NCBI RefSeq assembly: GCF_003334785.1
Contig: NZ_QOWV01000021.1
From: Escherichia coli
GTDB taxonomy: Bacteria; Pseudomonadota; Gammaproteobacteria; Enterobacterales; Enterobacteriaceae
Length of the DNA stretch: 60,030 bases
Direction: 5' to 3' (one strand)
Shown here piece by piece: positions 23,339-36,235 of this stretch (its first letter is position 1; every line of letters starts with the position of its first letter). Under the pieces are notes generated by a model, which had not been told where the DNA came from, ran no database searches, and was given only the letters and a program-made list of their open reading frames with translations. Both the position numbers and the translations under genes were made by a program.

Positions 23339-24346
23339 TCATTGATAATCGACGCGTAAATACCCCAGCGCGCTAAACGGCCCTTCGGTCGGTTTTTGAC
23401 CGGTAATACTGATAGGCCAGGCGCGAAGTGTGACATTGGCTGCCGCAGCTGCATCCAGACGGAAAGGAATAACGCTATTGAGATCGTTAGGCGTGATCGG
23501 CGTATCGTTCTGATCGGCGACAATAAAACCTAAATCCTGATTGTCCGACACCATCGCCTGACCAGAAACGGCACTGGCTTCCAGACGCATTGTTAAATAA
23601 GCCTGCGCAGCAACATTCGTACATTTGACCGCAATGCTCTTGGTTTGCGGCATGACACCAGCAGGTCGATTACCCGGCCCTGCCGCACTAAATAACGATG
23701 CGCCGATATCACCAAAATCAAATTCAACAATCTGCCCGGCATTTAATTCGCAGTTTTGCGGTACTTCAACCCGGCCACCAAAACTAATGGTATAAACAGG
23801 TGTAACCAACGGATCGTAAGGCGTTGATGTCACATACACGGTAAACATCACCTGTCTGGGGATCTCCACCATGTTAATAAAGGGACGAATAACCTTTAAA
23901 CGAAATATTAAACGAGAATCCATCACCCCGAATGGAAGGTTTTGCGAAACGTTAGGATCTGTTCCCATCCGAATATAATTTTGCGGGGGGAACTGAATAT
24001 CCATAACACTATCAACCAGACTCATCGCACCTAATAGATAATCATTTAATTGCATATATTTATAATTATCGATAGTTTCCTGAACAATAAAGTTGGTGAC
24101 ATAACTACGGTATGTATAATTCACCAGCGTGCCGGGTGGACAAATTGCTGAGACACCTACCCAGCCGGATTTTTCCGGTAAAACAACAATCTGCCCTGGC
24201 TGGTTATTGGTGCTATTAAAGATATTTGAGAGATCATAGTGTTCATCTTCTGCTACGCCAGTACTATTTGCACAAACAGTAGCCCAGGATATGTTTGCCA
24301 GACACAAACATGCCATCGCCAATAATAATCTGCAGATTATCTTCAT
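23339..24346 (-). CDS. sfmH: fimbrial adhesin-like subunit (FimH-like)
   Basis: 335 aa with signal peptide and C-terminal pilin domain; position after usher; exact start uncertain. Confidence 0.82.
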   Translation of the reverse strand: MKIICRLLLAMACLCLANISWATVCANSTGVAEDEHYDLSNIFNSTNNQPGQIVVLPEKSGWVGVSAICPPGTLVNYTYRSYVTNFIVQETIDNYKYMQLNDYLLGAMSLVDSVMDIQFPPQNYIRMGTDPNVSQNLPFGVMDSRLIFRLKVIRPFINMVEIPRQVMFTVYVTSTPYDPLVTPVYTISFGGRVEVPQNCELNAGQIVEFDFGDIGASLFSAAGPGNRPAGVMPQTKSIAVKCTNVAAQAYLTMRLEASAVSGQAMVSDNQDLGFIVADQNDTPITPNDLNSVIPFRLDAAAAANVTLRAWPISITGQKPTEGPFSALGYLRVDYQ

Positions 24347-24358
24347 TGATAATTTCCT

Positions 24359-26968
24359 TTATGAGCCAGGATGTGTGCAAACTGCCGAAATAACAGTGAC
24401 GGCTTGCTGTAAGCTTTGCTTCGGCAATACATAGTGCGCAATGCAGCGTGAGTTCGCGCCGTCTCCCCACTGAACCAGTAATTCACCAGACAATGGCGCA
24501 CCACTTAAATAAACTTGCCCGTCATCACCCACCATACTGGTTATTCCGGTACTGTTTTCCCGTACCAGTGATCCAAACGGCACCGGTTTTCCGCCCTGGG
24601 TAACGGTAATGAGCGCCCGCACGCCTATGCGGGTATCAAAATTGGCACGAACCAACGCGCCTTGCGTCGGCACAACGCTGCTAATATTTTTTTCAACATC
24701 GATGGAATTCCCCATCGTATTGGTATCAAGCGCGATACGGTTATACCGATAAACCGTGGCATACGGCATCACCGCATAGCCGCGCCAGTCGGTTAAAATG
24801 CCAGTTTGATTTTCAATGCGTACACCGCCTGCGCCAGGCGCTTTAATCAAAACATTGGTATCCCCTAAAGGCTGGCTCAGCGTTATGCCATTTTCATGCC
24901 CGACCACACCGCCAGACAGCTGCCAGTTAACGTCATGTTGATCGCGGTCGTAGTTATACCCGACCCCCAGCGTACCGTAAGCGGCCTGCCAGTTTGCCGT
25001 GGCGCTGCCCGTATACCCATTATTCGAGGTATCACCCTGGCTTACGTGATAACTCAGGTTGTGGCCTTCCAGTAAGGTCCCACCTACACCTGCCAGCCAG
25101 CTATTTTGCCCGTTGCTGTTACGGTTGGCGTTAAAGGAGGCATAAGCGCGGTCGAGCGCATTTTCCCGGGTGTAGCGACGTTTGGTCAGAACATTGAAAG
25201 GCACTGAAACATTAAGTCCGACAATACATTCGTTATCGGGGATCCCTACAGATTCATTCCACGAAAATGAGAGCGAATAACTGATGCCAACCCAGCTGCT
25301 GGTATACCCCACCTGATACCACGTATCTGAATCCGATGTATTCCAGTATTTTTGATGGGTACCAGAGATATAAAGCGAGCCAAAGTCATTAAGTGATTGT
25401 GAAATATTTAACTGCAAACGGTCTTTACGGCTAAAGCGTAAATTGTGGTAATTCACGATTATCGGTTCATCGCGATGCTCACCGTCGTAATCGTAATCAT
25501 ATTCGTACCCCTCCATTCGACGATACGCAACATCATCAAGGGTATAAAAACCTTGTGTCGAATAGCGGTAACCCATTAACTGAAAATTGGTGCCGAAGGT
25601 GTTCATCGATTTCGCATAGAGGAAGCGAATAGAATCCCCCTCATGACGACTATCGTCGGCTAACTGACTGCGCGCATGGGTCACATCCAGCGACACTGCG
25701 CCCCAGTTCCCGAGGTTGCGCCCCAGCCCTAATAAAAAGGCGGTGTAATTGGCAGATAATTGCGTCCCGCCGTAGGCAGTAAATTCCTGTGGTAAACCGC
25801 CGAGTACCGTGCCCTGAAAAAAGAAAGGCGATGATTGCTGACTATTACCGCTACGAAAATCGCCCCCCGTCAGGTCAAATTTGAAACGCCCTTCGCGTTG
25901 TAAAATTGGCACTGTTGAATACGGAATAGTGTAATTCTGCTGATTGCCATCGCGCTCGTCGATGGTGACGTCCAGATCGCCATTTGAAGATGTCGGGTGC
26001 AAATCTGTAATTTCAAAAGCGCCGGGGGAAACATAGCTTTGATAGATAATAAAACCATTTTGCCGAATCGTTAGCTGGGCCGCCGTACGGGCAATCCCAC
26101 GTACTGTTGGGGCAAACCCTTGCTGGCTATCAGGATACATATTATCGGAAGAGTAAAGCCGTACACCACGAAATCCAACACCATCGAAAATATCACTTCC
26201 TGTATTGCCGTCTCCCATTACCAGTTCACTTTTCAGCGGAATAATGGCGCGCTGTACCCAGGTGCCAATATTATTCCACTGTTCTGAATGATACCCATTT
26301 CCGCGAAAATAGTTCCAGGAACCATTGTTGCGTAAACGCCACGGGCCAATATTAATCCCGCTGAGCTCACTAAAAAAATAGCTATCGTTACCATTACCTC
26401 TGTTACCAGTGAAATTATAATTCAGGAGTAAAGCAGGAATACCTTCATCCCACTCTTCAGGCGGAATGTAACCGTGAGCGCTACTCAACAACGCTATCTG
26501 AGGAATAGTGATGTTCAGGCGCATCGCTGCAAAATCAAAGTTAATTGTGGCATCAGGTACAGCTTTCAGTAAATTGATGCATTTATTATTTTGCTGCTGG
26601 GCTAACTCGGGAAATGCACTGCTATTAAGGCCAATTCGTTCAAGGAGTACCTGGTTAAAACAGGGCATTAACCCACCTGATTTATCACCTGTATTTTCTG
26701 TTGTCGATTCAAATACGATATCCTGTGAACCAATGAACTCATCATTACGCCAGAGATCCACCCGATACACGCCCGCAGGTTGATGATTACCTCTCTCAAA
26801 GCGCGATAAATCAGCAACGGATGTGCCATTCTCTAATAAAAATGCCGGGTTGAAATAACTTTCCGCATAGCTTAAAAAGGAGGGTAAAATGGCAAGAGAT
26901 GAATAACAAATTCCGGCCAGACACCAGGTATACCTCTGCGGAATATCCGTAGTAGTGGGTATTTTCAT
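24359..26968 (-). CDS. sfmD: fimbrial outer-membrane usher
   Basis: 869 aa usher-family protein; exact start codon uncertain within a few codons. Confidence 0.9.
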   Translation of the reverse strand: MKIPTTTDIPQRYTWCLAGICYSSLAILPSFLSYAESYFNPAFLLENGTSVADLSRFERGNHQPAGVYRVDLWRNDEFIGSQDIVFESTTENTGDKSGGLMPCFNQVLLERIGLNSSAFPELAQQQNNKCINLLKAVPDATINFDFAAMRLNITIPQIALLSSAHGYIPPEEWDEGIPALLLNYNFTGNRGNGNDSYFFSELSGINIGPWRLRNNGSWNYFRGNGYHSEQWNNIGTWVQRAIIPLKSELVMGDGNTGSDIFDGVGFRGVRLYSSDNMYPDSQQGFAPTVRGIARTAAQLTIRQNGFIIYQSYVSPGAFEITDLHPTSSNGDLDVTIDERDGNQQNYTIPYSTVPILQREGRFKFDLTGGDFRSGNSQQSSPFFFQGTVLGGLPQEFTAYGGTQLSANYTAFLLGLGRNLGNWGAVSLDVTHARSQLADDSRHEGDSIRFLYAKSMNTFGTNFQLMGYRYSTQGFYTLDDVAYRRMEGYEYDYDYDGEHRDEPIIVNYHNLRFSRKDRLQLNISQSLNDFGSLYISGTHQKYWNTSDSDTWYQVGYTSSWVGISYSLSFSWNESVGIPDNECIVGLNVSVPFNVLTKRRYTRENALDRAYASFNANRNSNGQNSWLAGVGGTLLEGHNLSYHVSQGDTSNNGYTGSATANWQAAYGTLGVGYNYDRDQHDVNWQLSGGVVGHENGITLSQPLGDTNVLIKAPGAGGVRIENQTGILTDWRGYAVMPYATVYRYNRIALDTNTMGNSIDVEKNISSVVPTQGALVRANFDTRIGVRALITVTQGGKPVPFGSLVRENSTGITSMVGDDGQVYLSGAPLSGELLVQWGDGANSRCIAHYVLPKQSLQQAVTVISAVCTHPGS

Positions 26969-26998
26969 AATTAGCTCTGATATTGTCAGATGATTCGG

Positions 26999-27691
26999 TT
27001 AGTTTAAGTTCACTTCTCTGACCGGGGTTACTGAACCATAATCATTAACGGTCTGAAATTTCAGCTTTCCCTGCACTCCTGAGGGTAAGGGAATTTGTGA
27101 ATTAACTCTGGGTGCAGCCATAGCATTCCCCAACTTTTGGCTGCCCACTTGTAAGTTAACCAGGGTGACATAAAAAGGTGATGGATTATGAACATTGATA
27201 TAGTTACCGGATCGCGAAAACTTGAGTGTGTCCGGCGCTTCTGCGGGTAATTCTTGTAATTGAATTGGACGGAGAAATAACTTCATGCGCGATAAAATCG
27301 CCAGTTGCAAAACATTCCTGCCGTTCAATGCATTTTTATCTACCGAAGGGATCGTCTTAACATTCATCCAGAACAGAGACTCACGATCTGCCGCCAGCGG
27401 TGGACCGGTGTAAATAATACGCAAAGTATTTTCGCTTTTGGGTTCACTAACAAATAGTGGCGGTGTAATGATGAATGACTTTTCTTTTACACCGCTGCTG
27501 TTTTCAATCCACGAATTGACCAGAAAACGCTCATTGGTATGGCTATTTCTAATCCATACCGCAGTCTGTTTAGCATCAGCGGGATAAATAATACGCGTGG
27601 CACCTAATGCGATCCCTCCGGCAGCATGGGCGCTGGCCGAAATGATTAAATAAAATATAATGAGCATCAATAACTTTATTTTAGTCATCAT
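26999..27691 (-). CDS. sfmC: periplasmic fimbrial chaperone (PapD-like)
   Basis: 230 aa, signal peptide, chaperone fold motifs. Confidence 0.9.
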   Translation of the reverse strand: MMTKIKLLMLIIFYLIISASAHAAGGIALGATRIIYPADAKQTAVWIRNSHTNERFLVNSWIENSSGVKEKSFIITPPLFVSEPKSENTLRIIYTGPPLAADRESLFWMNVKTIPSVDKNALNGRNVLQLAILSRMKLFLRPIQLQELPAEAPDTLKFSRSGNYINVHNPSPFYVTLVNLQVGSQKLGNAMAAPRVNSQIPLPSGVQGKLKFQTVNDYGSVTPVREVNLN

Positions 27692-27910
27692 AGTTAATAC
27701 GCCTTGTGTATTCCTGACGGCAAAAATAAGAAATATAAAGAAATGATTGCTTTGGTTTCTTACAACACATCATTCCCTTTTCATTTAATAAAGCGGCATG
27801 ATACAAAGTGAACATGATTTCGATTTACATTGCCACCATACCGCTTCAGACAACCGGTACATTACTTTGTTATAAGACGTGATATATAATTCAAAACAAC
27901 GTGGTTTTGA

Positions 27911-28453
27911 TTATTCGTATCTCATAATAAAAGTCGCGTCAGCATTTGCTTGCCCTGCTGATGCACTTGTACCGGTGCCTTTATAACGTGCAGAAAAATG
28001 AAGAACGTTGGTCCCGGGGATCAAGTTCTGGTTGGTTGAGAAGCTATTCCCATCAGGTTTGAGAATTGCGGATGTATTATCAAGTATTTCAATACCGACA
28101 CCCGTTGCTGTTGTTGTATTGGTACTGGATGCAATGGCCAATAAATTATCATTGATTGCATCAGCCTGACCAGAAAATGCAACGGCAGCATTAGCGGCAA
28201 CAACAGGATCGCAGTCGTTCAACTGAATGGTGAATGGAATTAATGCAGAGGTATTACCAACAGCATTGAAAATATCGGTACGATATTGACCGAGTGTGAC
28301 AACTTGGTCTGCCGAGTCAGTATTCACTGAACAGGCAGCATTCACCAGTTCGCCTTCAAAGTGAATTGTACCGCCATCTACAACGGCAGCATAACTACCC
28401 GTAGCGGCGAATAGTGCGGCAGCCAGCGCAGACGAAATAAATCTTAATTTCAT
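27911..28453 (-). CDS. sfmA: major type-1-like fimbrial subunit
   Basis: Track ORF trimmed to ATG 28453 ([22 protein letters not shown] signal peptide; 180 aa); AAGGA Shine-Dalgarno upstream. Confidence 0.88.
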   Translation of the reverse strand: MKLRFISSALAAALFAATGSYAAVVDGGTIHFEGELVNAACSVNTDSADQVVTLGQYRTDIFNAVGNTSALIPFTIQLNDCDPVVAANAAVAFSGQADAINDNLLAIASSTNTTTATGVGIEILDNTSAILKPDGNSFSTNQNLIPGTNVLHFSARYKGTGTSASAGQANADATFIMRYE

Positions 28454-28932
28454 ATATATTCCTTCAATCTCATTTATCGACTCCACATCCGTATATAACC
28501 GATTACTTTATTTAAGACACTGATAGTAGTAAATTCCTTTTTATCCTCTAAGAATGTCTTAATTGAAAATATGCACTCTATTCTAAAAAATAGAGAGCCC
28601 CGTTAGATGAATACTTCCGCGCAAAATATATTCAACACAAATATAGACCTGAAGCGGTAAATTACCAGGCTGAAAATTCTTTTTATATTGTCAGGTATTT
28701 CTTAAATTATCTTAATCCTTAGACAAGGAAATAAGTCAGTTCCAGATTTACAACGCCATCATGGACGAAAAATGAAGCTTTCAATCTCAGCGACCTCAGC
28801 GACGGTGCGCCTAACCTTCGCAAGAGGTCGCTTCACGTGATAAATCTGAAACGAAACCTGACAGCGCGCCCCGCTTCTGACAAAATAGGCGCATCCCCTT
28901 CGACCTACGTAACAGATGGAATCCTCTCTCTG

Positions 28933-29799
28933 ATGGCAGCAAAGATTATTGACGGTAAAACGATTGCGCAGCAGGTGCGCTCTGAAGTTGCTCAAAAAGT
29001 TCAGGCGCGTATTGCAGCCGGACTGCGGGCACCAGGACTGGCCGTTGTGCTGGTGGGTAGTAACCCTGCATCGCAAATTTATGTCGCAAGCAAACGCAAG
29101 GCTTGTGAAGAAGTCGGGTTCGTCTCCCGCTCTTATGACCTCCCGGAAACCACCAGCGAAGCGGAGCTGCTGGAGCTTATCGATGCGCTGAATGCCGACA
29201 ACACCATTGATGGCATTCTGGTTCAACTGCCGTTACCGGCGGGTATTGATAACGTCAAAGTACTGGAACGTATTCACCCGGACAAAGACGTAGACGGTTT
29301 CCATCCTTATAACGTCGGTCGCCTGTGCCAGCGCGCGCCGCGTCTGCGTCCCTGCACCCCGCGCGGCATCGTCACGCTGCTTGAGCGTTACAACATTGAT
29401 ACCTTCGGCCTCAACGCCGTGGTGATTGGCGCATCGAATATCGTTGGCCGCCCGATGAGCATGGAACTGCTGCTAGCAGGTTGCACCACTACCGTGACTC
29501 ACCGCTTCACTAAAAATCTGCGTCATCACGTAGAAAATGCCGATCTGTTGATCGTTGCCGTCGGCAAGCCGGGCTTTATTCCTGGTGACTGGATCAAAGA
29601 AGGCGCAATTGTGATTGATGTCGGCATCAACCGTCTGGAAAATGGCAAAGTTGTGGGCGACGTGGTGTTTGAAGACGCGGCTAAACGCGCCTCATACATT
29701 ACGCCTGTTCCCGGCGGCGTTGGCCCGATGACGGTTGCCACGCTGATTGAAAACACGCTACAGGCGTGCGTTGAATATCATGATCCACAGGGTGAGTAA
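28933..29799 (+). CDS. folD: bifunctional 5,10-methylene-tetrahydrofolate dehydrogenase / cyclohydrolase
   Basis: Track ORF trimmed to ATG 28933 ([19 protein letters not shown]..., 288 aa). Confidence 0.93.
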
Positions 29800-29800
29800 C

Positions 29801-30013
29801 ATGGCGACATTTTCTTTAGGTAAACATCCGCACGTTGAGCTGTGCGACTTGCTGAAACTGGAAGGCTGGAGCGAAAGCGGCGCGCAGGCGAAAATCGCGA
29901 TTGCCGAAGGCCAGGTGAAAGTCGATGGCGCGGTTGAAACGCGCAAACGCTGCAAAATCGTCGCCGGTCAGACAGTGAGTTTTGCAGGTCACAGCGTACA
30001 GGTTGTTGCCTGA
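29801..30013 (+). CDS. ybcJ: S4-domain RNA-binding protein
   Basis: ATG at 29801, 2 nt after folD stop; MATFSLGKHPHVELCDLLKLEGW... (70 aa). Confidence 0.85.
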   Translation: MATFSLGKHPHVELCDLLKLEGWSESGAQAKIAIAEGQVKVDGAVETRKRCKIVAGQTVSFAGHSVQVVA

Positions 30014-30120
30014 TCCCTTTCCCGGCCTGTATCAACAGGCCGGTTCTCTTTTCAGACTTTTGCCCTCTACGCCCCGTTCATCCATGCTGATAGCATCGAC
30101 ATTTTGCCGAAGCGACCATC

Positions 30121-30642
30121 ATGCCAACCGTTATTACGCACGCCGCCGTTCCCCTATGCATTGGTTTAGGGTTGGGTTCGAAAGTCATCCCTCCGCGTCT
30201 GTTATTTGCCGGAATCATCCTGGCGATGCTGCCCGACGCCGACGTATTGTCGTTTAAATTTGGCATTGCTTACGGCAATGTTTTTGGTCATCGCGGGTTT
30301 ACCCATTCGCTGGTGTTTGCGTTTGTTGTCCCGCTGTTATGTGTGCTGATTGGACGCCGATGGTTCAGGGCTGGGCTGATTCGCTGCTGGCTGTTTTTAA
30401 CCGTCTCGTTGCTATCGCACAGCTTGCTGGATTCGGTAACCACTGGCGGTAAAGGGGTTGGCTGGCTGTGGCCGTGGTCAGATGAACGCTTTTTCGCTCC
30501 CTGGCAGGTGATTAAAGTCGCGCCGTTTGCATTGTCTCGTTACACCACGCCGTACGGGCATCAGGTGATTATTTCTGAATTGATGTGGGTGTGGTTGCCG
30601 GGGATTCTACTGATGGGAATGTTGTGGTGGCACAGACGATAA
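30121..30642 (+). CDS. ybcI: inner-membrane metal-dependent hydrolase-like protein (DUF457)
   Basis: 173 aa hydrophobic protein with conserved His residues. Confidence 0.8.
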   Translation: MPTVITHAAVPLCIGLGLGSKVIPPRLLFAGIILAMLPDADVLSFKFGIAYGNVFGHRGFTHSLVFAFVVPLLCVLIGRRWFRAGLIRCWLFLTVSLLSHSLLDSVTTGGKGVGWLWPWSDERFFAPWQVIKVAPFALSRYTTPYGHQVIISELMWVWLPGILLMGMLWWHRR

Positions 30643-30666
30643 CCGGATGCGAAAACTCGCATCCGG
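30643..30666. terminator. hairpin ccggatgcgaaaactcgcatccgg between convergent ybcI and cysS
   Basis: Perfect inverted repeat CCGGATGCG/CGCATCCGG seen directly in sequence. Confidence 0.6.
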
Positions 30667-30677
30667 CAATAGCGCAA

Positions 30678-32063
30678 TTACTTACGACGCCAGGTGGTCC
30701 CTTGCGGGCCATCTTCCAGCACGATCCCCATCTCGTTAAGACGGTCACGCGCCGCATCTGCCGCCGCCCAGTCTTTCGCTTTACGGGCATCCAGACGCTG
30801 TTGAATTAACGCTTCAATCTCAGCCACTTCGCTGCCGTCTGCCTGCGCGCCGCTTTGCAGGAACGCTTCCGGTTCTTGCTCCAGCAGGCCCAATACAGCG
30901 GAAAGTTTACGCAGGTGAGATGCCATTGCATTCGCCGCTGCCATATCTTCTGCTTTCAGACGGTTCACTTCACGCGCCATATCAAACAGCACGGAATAGG
31001 CTTCCGGGGTGTTGAAATCGTCGTCCATCGCTTCAATAAAGCGCGCTTCAAACGCTTCGCCACCGGCAGGCGCAACGGTTTTATCGGTGCCGCGCAGCGC
31101 AGTGTAGAGACGCTCCAGCGCCGCACGCGCCTGCTTCAGGTTCTCTTCGCTGTAGTTCAGCTGGCTGCGATAGTGGCCCGACATCAGGAAGTAACGCACG
31201 GTTTCAGCATCGTAGTATTTCAGCACATCGCGCACGGTAAAGAAGTTACCCAGCGATTTGGACATCTTCTCGCGGTCAACCATCACCATTCCGGAGTGCA
31301 TCCAGTAGTTAACATACTGACCATCATGGGCACAGGTGGACTGCGCGATTTCGTTCTCGTGGTGCGGGAACATCAGGTCTGAACCGCCGCCGTGGATATC
31401 AAAGTGGTTACCCAGCTGCTTGCAGTTCATTGCCGAACATTCAATGTGCCAGCCTGGACGGCCCGCGCCCCACGGAGACGGCCAGCTCGGTTCGCCCTCT
31501 TTCGACATCTTCCACAGAACGAAGTCCATCGGGTTGCGTTTGTCGTCGACCACGTCAACGCGCGCGCCTGCCTGCAGCTGGTCGAGATCCTGACGCGACA
31601 GCACGCCATATGTCGGATCGGTCGGGACGTCGAACATCACGTCGCCGTTGTCCGCCACATAAGCGTGACCTTTGGCGATCAGTTGTTCAGTGAGTTCAAT
31701 AATTTCTGCGATATGGTGCGTCGCGCGCGGCTCCATATCCGGGCGCAGAATGTTCAACGCATCAAAATCTTTGTGCATTTCGGCGATCATGCGATCCACC
31801 AGCGCTACAAAGCTTTCGCCATTTTCATTGGCGCGTTTGATGATTTTGTCGTCGATATCGGTAATGTTGCGCACATACTTCAGCTTATAGCCGAGGAAAC
31901 GCAGATAGCGCGCAACCACGTCAAAAGCAACAAAGGTACGCCCGTGACCGATATGACAGAGATCGTAAACGGTGATTCCACACACGTACATGCCGACTTC
32001 CCCGGCGTGAATAGGCTTAAATTCCTCTTTTTGGCGTGTCAGAGTATTGAAGATTTTTAGCAT
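30678..32063 (-). CDS. cysS: cysteinyl-tRNA synthetase
   Basis: 461 aa; class I aaRS HIGH motif (CHIGHGRT) and KMSKS. Confidence 0.95.
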   Translation of the reverse strand: MLKIFNTLTRQKEEFKPIHAGEVGMYVCGITVYDLCHIGHGRTFVAFDVVARYLRFLGYKLKYVRNITDIDDKIIKRANENGESFVALVDRMIAEMHKDFDALNILRPDMEPRATHHIAEIIELTEQLIAKGHAYVADNGDVMFDVPTDPTYGVLSRQDLDQLQAGARVDVVDDKRNPMDFVLWKMSKEGEPSWPSPWGAGRPGWHIECSAMNCKQLGNHFDIHGGGSDLMFPHHENEIAQSTCAHDGQYVNYWMHSGMVMVDREKMSKSLGNFFTVRDVLKYYDAETVRYFLMSGHYRSQLNYSEENLKQARAALERLYTALRGTDKTVAPAGGEAFEARFIEAMDDDFNTPEAYSVLFDMAREVNRLKAEDMAAANAMASHLRKLSAVLGLLEQEPEAFLQSGAQADGSEVAEIEALIQQRLDARKAKDWAAADAARDRLNEMGIVLEDGPQGTTWRRK

Positions 32064-32236
32064 CGAAGATTCCGTTTAGACATGTGTGGGTAATTGAGTT
32101 GCGTATAATACCCATATTTCCCGCGCGAATCAGCATACATTGCGTGATGATCCGATCGTGCGGTTATGCTATAACACCACCCTATATATGACCCGAACCG
32201 GGTTGAAGCACCAATCAAACGGAACAGGATGCAAAA

Positions 32237-32731
32237 ATGGTTACTTTCCACACCAATCACGGCGATATTGTCATCAAAACTTTTGACGATAAAGCACCTG
32301 AAACAGTTAAAAACTTCCTGGACTACTGCCGCGAAGGTTTTTACAACAACACCATTTTCCACCGTGTTATCAACGGCTTTATGATTCAGGGCGGCGGTTT
32401 TGAACCGGGCATGAAACAAAAAGCCACCAAAGAACCGATCAAAAACGAAGCCAACAACGGTCTGAAAAATACCCGTGGTACGCTGGCAATGGCCCGTACT
32501 CAGGCTCCGCACTCTGCAACTGCACAGTTCTTCATCAACGTGGTTGATAACGACTTCCTGAACTTCTCTGGCGAAAGCCTGCAAGGTTGGGGCTACTGCG
32601 TGTTTGCTGAAGTGGTTGAAGGCATGGACGTGGTAGACAAAATCAAAGGTGTTGCAACCGGTCGTAGCGGTATGCACCAGGACGTGCCAAAAGAAGACGT
32701 TATCATTGAAAGCGTGACCGTTAGCGAGTAA
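32237..32731 (+). CDS. ppiB: peptidyl-prolyl cis-trans isomerase B (cyclophilin)
   Basis: 164 aa cyclophilin ([16 protein letters not shown]...[15 protein letters not shown]). Confidence 0.95.
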   Translation: MVTFHTNHGDIVIKTFDDKAPETVKNFLDYCREGFYNNTIFHRVINGFMIQGGGFEPGMKQKATKEPIKNEANNGLKNTRGTLAMARTQAPHSATAQFFINVVDNDFLNFSGESLQGWGYCVFAEVVEGMDVVDKIKGVATGRSGMHQDVPKEDVIIESVTVSE

Positions 32732-32733
32732 TC

Positions 32734-33456
32734 GTGGCGACACTCTTTATTGCAGATCTTCATCTCTGCGTGGAAGAACCGGCGATCACCGCCGGTTTTC
32801 TGCGTTTTTTAGCGGGGGAAGCTCGCAAGGCCGACGCGCTGTATATTCTTGGCGATCTGTTTGAAGCGTGGATTGGCGACGACGATCCCAACCCACTCCA
32901 TCGCCAGATGGCGGCAGCGATCAAAGCGGTGTCCGATTCCGGCGTTCCCTGTTATTTCATTCATGGCAACCGTGATTTTCTGCTCGGCAAACGCTTTGCC
33001 CGTGAAAGCGGCATGACGTTATTGCCGGAAGAAAAGGTGCTCGAACTTTATGGTCGTCGGGTGTTGATTATGCATGGCGACACGCTGTGCACCGATGACG
33101 CGGGTTATCAGGCTTTTCGCGCCAAAGTCCACAAACCCTGGCTGCAGACGCTATTCCTCGCTCTGCCATTGTTTGTGCGCAAACGCATTGCCGCGCGAAT
33201 GCGCGCGAACAGCAAAGAAGCCAACAGCAGTAAATCGCTGGCGATCATGGACGTTAACCAAAACGCGGTGGTCAATGCGATGGAAAAACATCAGGTGCAA
33301 TGGCTGATTCACGGGCATACCCATCGCCCGGCGGTACATGAACTTATCGCCAACCAGCAACCTGCTTTTCGCGTGGTACTGGGTGCCTGGCATACGGAAG
33401 GTTCGATGGTGAAAGTCACGGCGGATGACGTTGAGCTGATTCATTTTCCGTTTTAA
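32734..33456 (+). CDS. lpxH: UDP-2,3-diacylglucosamine pyrophosphohydrolase
   Basis: 240 aa calcineurin-like metallophosphoesterase ([11 protein letters not shown]...GDLFEAW...HGNRD). Confidence 0.93.
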   Translation: MATLFIADLHLCVEEPAITAGFLRFLAGEARKADALYILGDLFEAWIGDDDPNPLHRQMAAAIKAVSDSGVPCYFIHGNRDFLLGKRFARESGMTLLPEEKVLELYGRRVLIMHGDTLCTDDAGYQAFRAKVHKPWLQTLFLALPLFVRKRIAARMRANSKEANSSKSLAIMDVNQNAVVNAMEKHQVQWLIHGHTHRPAVHELIANQQPAFRVVLGAWHTEGSMVKVTADDVELIHFPF

Positions 33457-33486
33457 AAAACCCGCAACTTTGCTGATTTCACAGCC

Positions 33487-33502
33487 ACGCAACCGTTTTC
33501 CT
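33487..33502. promoter_or_regulatory. candidate PurR operator (ACGCAACCGTTTTCCT) upstream of purE
   Basis: 16-mer resembling the PurR box consensus (ACGCAAACGTTTTCTT) about 70 nt upstream of the purE ATG. Confidence 0.6.
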
Positions 33503-33573
33503 TACTCTCTTTCCGTGCTATTCTCTGTGCCCTCTAAAGCCGAGAGTTGTGCACCACAGGAGTTTTAAGACGC

Positions 33574-34083
33574 ATGTCTTCCCGCAATAATCCGGCGCGT
33601 GTCGCCATCGTGATGGGGTCCAAAAGCGACTGGGCTACCATGCAGTTCGCCGCCGAAATCTTCGAAATCCTGAATGTCCCGCACCACGTTGAAGTGGTTT
33701 CTGCTCACCGCACCCCCGATAAACTGTTCAGCTTCGCCGAAAGCGCCGAAGAGAACGGTTATCAGGTGATTATTGCGGGCGCAGGCGGCGCAGCGCACCT
33801 GCCAGGCATGATTGCCGCCAAAACGCTGGTGCCGGTGCTGGGCGTACCAGTACAGAGCGCCGCACTGAGCGGTGTCGATAGCCTCTACTCAATCGTACAA
33901 ATGCCGCGCGGCATTCCGGTGGGTACGCTGGCGATTGGTAAAGCTGGCGCGGCAAACGCGGCATTACTGGCAGCACAAATTCTTGCGACTCATGATAAAG
34001 AACTGCACCAACGTCTGAATGACTGGCGCAAAGCACAAACTGATGAAGTGCTGGAAAACCCGGACCCGCGAGGTGCGGCATGA
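33574..34083 (+). CDS. purE: N5-carboxyaminoimidazole ribonucleotide mutase
   Basis: Track ORF trimmed to ATG 33574 ([20 protein letters not shown]..., 169 aa). Confidence 0.93.
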   Translation: MSSRNNPARVAIVMGSKSDWATMQFAAEIFEILNVPHHVEVVSAHRTPDKLFSFAESAEENGYQVIIAGAGGAAHLPGMIAAKTLVPVLGVPVQSAALSGVDSLYSIVQMPRGIPVGTLAIGKAGAANAALLAAQILATHDKELHQRLNDWRKAQTDEVLENPDPRGAA

Positions 34084-35147
34084 AACAGGTTTGCGTCCTC
34101 GGTAACGGGCAGTTAGGCCGTATGCTGCGTCAGGCAGGCGAACCGTTAGGCATTGCTGTCTGGCCGGTCGGGCTGGACGCTGAACCGGCGGCGGTGCCTT
34201 TTCAACAAAGCGTGATTACCGCTGAGATCGAACGTTGGCCGGAAACCGCATTAACCCGCGAGCTGGCACGCCATCCGGCCTTTGTGAACCGCGATGTGTT
34301 CCCGATTATTGCCGACCGTCTGACTCAGAAGCAGCTTTTCGATAAGCTCCACCTGCCGACCGCGCCGTGGCAGTTACTTGCCGATCGCAGCGAGTGGCCT
34401 GCGGTGTTTGATCGTTTAGGTGAACTGGCGATTGTTAAGCGTCGCACTGGTGGCTATGACGGACGCGGTCAATGGCGTTTACGCGCCGATGAAACCGAAC
34501 AGTTACCGGCTGAATGCTACGGCGAATGTATTGTCGAGCAGGGCATAAACTTCTCTGGTGAAGTGTCGCTGGTTGGCGCGCGCGGCTTTGATGGCAGCAC
34601 CGTGTTTTATCCGCTGACGCATAACCTGCATCAGGACGGTATTTTGCGCACCAGCGTCGCTTTTCCGCAGGCCAACGCACAGCAGCAGGCGCAAGCCGAA
34701 GAGATGCTGTCGGCGATTATGCAGGAGCTGGGCTATGTGGGCGTGATGGCGATGGAGTGTTTTGTCACCCCGCAAGGTCTGCTGATCAACGAACTGGCTC
34801 CGCGTGTGCATAACAGTGGTCACTGGACGCAAAACGGTGCCAGCATCAGCCAGTTTGAGCTGCATCTGCGGGCGATTACCGATCTGCCGTTACCGCAACC
34901 AGTAGTGAATAATCCGTCGGTGATGATCAATCTGATTGGTAGCGATGTGAATTATGACTGGCTGAAATTGCCGCTGGTGCATCTGCACTGGTACGACAAA
35001 GAAGTCCGTCCGGGGCGTAAAGTGGGGCATCTGAATTTGACCGACAGCGACACATCGCGTCTGACTGCGACGCTGGAAGCCTTAATCCCGCTGCTGCCGC
35101 CGGAATATGCCAGCGGCGTGATTTGGGCGCAGAGTAAGTTCGGTTAA
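34080..35147 (+). CDS. purK: N5-carboxyaminoimidazole ribonucleotide synthetase (ATP-grasp)
   Basis: 355 aa; start overlaps purE stop (ATGA). Confidence 0.93.
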   Translation: MKQVCVLGNGQLGRMLRQAGEPLGIAVWPVGLDAEPAAVPFQQSVITAEIERWPETALTRELARHPAFVNRDVFPIIADRLTQKQLFDKLHLPTAPWQLLADRSEWPAVFDRLGELAIVKRRTGGYDGRGQWRLRADETEQLPAECYGECIVEQGINFSGEVSLVGARGFDGSTVFYPLTHNLHQDGILRTSVAFPQANAQQQAQAEEMLSAIMQELGYVGVMAMECFVTPQGLLINELAPRVHNSGHWTQNGASISQFELHLRAITDLPLPQPVVNNPSVMINLIGSDVNYDWLKLPLVHLHWYDKEVRPGRKVGHLNLTDSDTSRLTATLEALIPLLPPEYASGVIWAQSKFG

Positions 35148-35159
35148 CTGGTGCTCTAT

Positions 35160-35325
<166 letters not shown>

Positions 35326-35341
35326 TGTCTAATGCCTACGA

Positions 35342-36235
35342 CTACAGCGAAATACAGGTCCCCGCTTCGCCCGCCAGCGTCTCTTCAATTCGCGATAACG
35401 CCCCAATCCACGCGGGTTTACCACGGCTTCTGACATAACCACTCACCGCCGTTACCTTCGGCCCCATCGAACCATCGGCTTTGGCAAATGGCGCTAACTC
35501 ATCCGGTGTGGCATGGCGAATGGCGCGTTGCTGCGGCGTTCCCCAGTTTTCATATACCGCATCAGCATCAGTGAGGATCACCAGCCCATCGGCGTTAATC
35601 TGCTCAGCGAGCAACGCAGCAGCGAGATCTTTATCAATCACCGCTTCACTCCCTGCCCCATCTTCCGTCACAGGCACACCGCCGCCGCCACTGCAAATCA
35701 CCACATGCCCCTCTTTGAGCAACAACTCGATGGCTTCGCTGTCGAGAATTTTACGCGGTTGCGGAGACGCCACCACCCGGCGCAAATATTTACCATCACG
35801 TTTCATCTGCCAGCCGTAAGCCGCTTCCAGTGCCTCTTGTTCTTCTGGCTGATAAACCGGACCAATAAATTTCTCTGGCTGCAAAAACGCCGGATCATCA
35901 GGCGAAACCTCAATGCGCGTCAGCACCGTCGTCACGGGCGGCATCTGCGGCTGTGCGCTCAAACTCTGTGCCAGCATATAGCCAATCATCCCCTGGCTTT
36001 CCGCCACCAGCACATCCAGCGGATACGGTTCTACCTCTTTCCACGCCAGATTCTGCAATGCCAGCAGCCCCACCTGCGGCCCGTTGCCGTGAACAATCGC
36101 CAGCCGATAAGAACGGGCCAGGCGCGCCAGCGCGGGTACAGCACTGGCGATATTGCGATATTGATTTTCTGCCGTCAGCGCCTCGCCGCGCTGGAGTAAG
36201 GCGTTGCCCCCAAGAGCTACAACCAGTGTTTTCAT
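35342..36235 (-). CDS. ybcF: carbamate kinase-like protein (ArcC family)
   Basis: 297 aa amino-acid-kinase fold ([18 protein letters not shown]...), typical carbamate kinase N-terminus. Confidence 0.88.
   Translation of the reverse strand: MKTLVVALGGNALLQRGEALTAENQYRNIASAVPALARLARSYRLAIVHGNGPQVGLLALQNLAWKEVEPYPLDVLVAESQGMIGYMLAQSLSAQPQMPPVTTVLTRIEVSPDDPAFLQPEKFIGPVYQPEEQEALEAAYGWQMKRDGKYLRRVVASPQPRKILDSEAIELLLKEGHVVICSGGGGVPVTEDGAGSEAVIDKDLAAALLAEQINADGLVILTDADAVYENWGTPQQRAIRHATPDELAPFAKADGSMGPKVTAVSGYVRSRGKPAWIGALSRIEETLAGEAGTCISL

Noticed and set aside
22813-28486. Possibility that the chaperone-usher fimbrial operon is a novel adhesin system
   Set aside because: Gene order, sizes and sequences match the known cryptic sfmACDHF-fimZ cluster of E. 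coli; nothing indicates a new system.
28759-29226. 155 aa minus-strand ORF overlapping the folD start
   Set aside because: Overlaps the well-supported folD N-terminus on the opposite strand; Cys/Arg-rich translation without features.
31392-32060. 222 aa plus-strand ORF and several others inside cysS
   Set aside because: Antisense or out-of-frame to the well-supported cysS gene.
32057-32743. 228 aa minus-strand ORF covering the ppiB region
   Set aside because: Antisense to ppiB, which has a clear cyclophilin signature; no support for a second gene.
35513-36199. 228 aa plus-strand ORF overlapping ybcF
   Set aside because: Antisense shadow of the carbamate kinase gene; Arg/His/Gln-rich composition with no recognisable domain.
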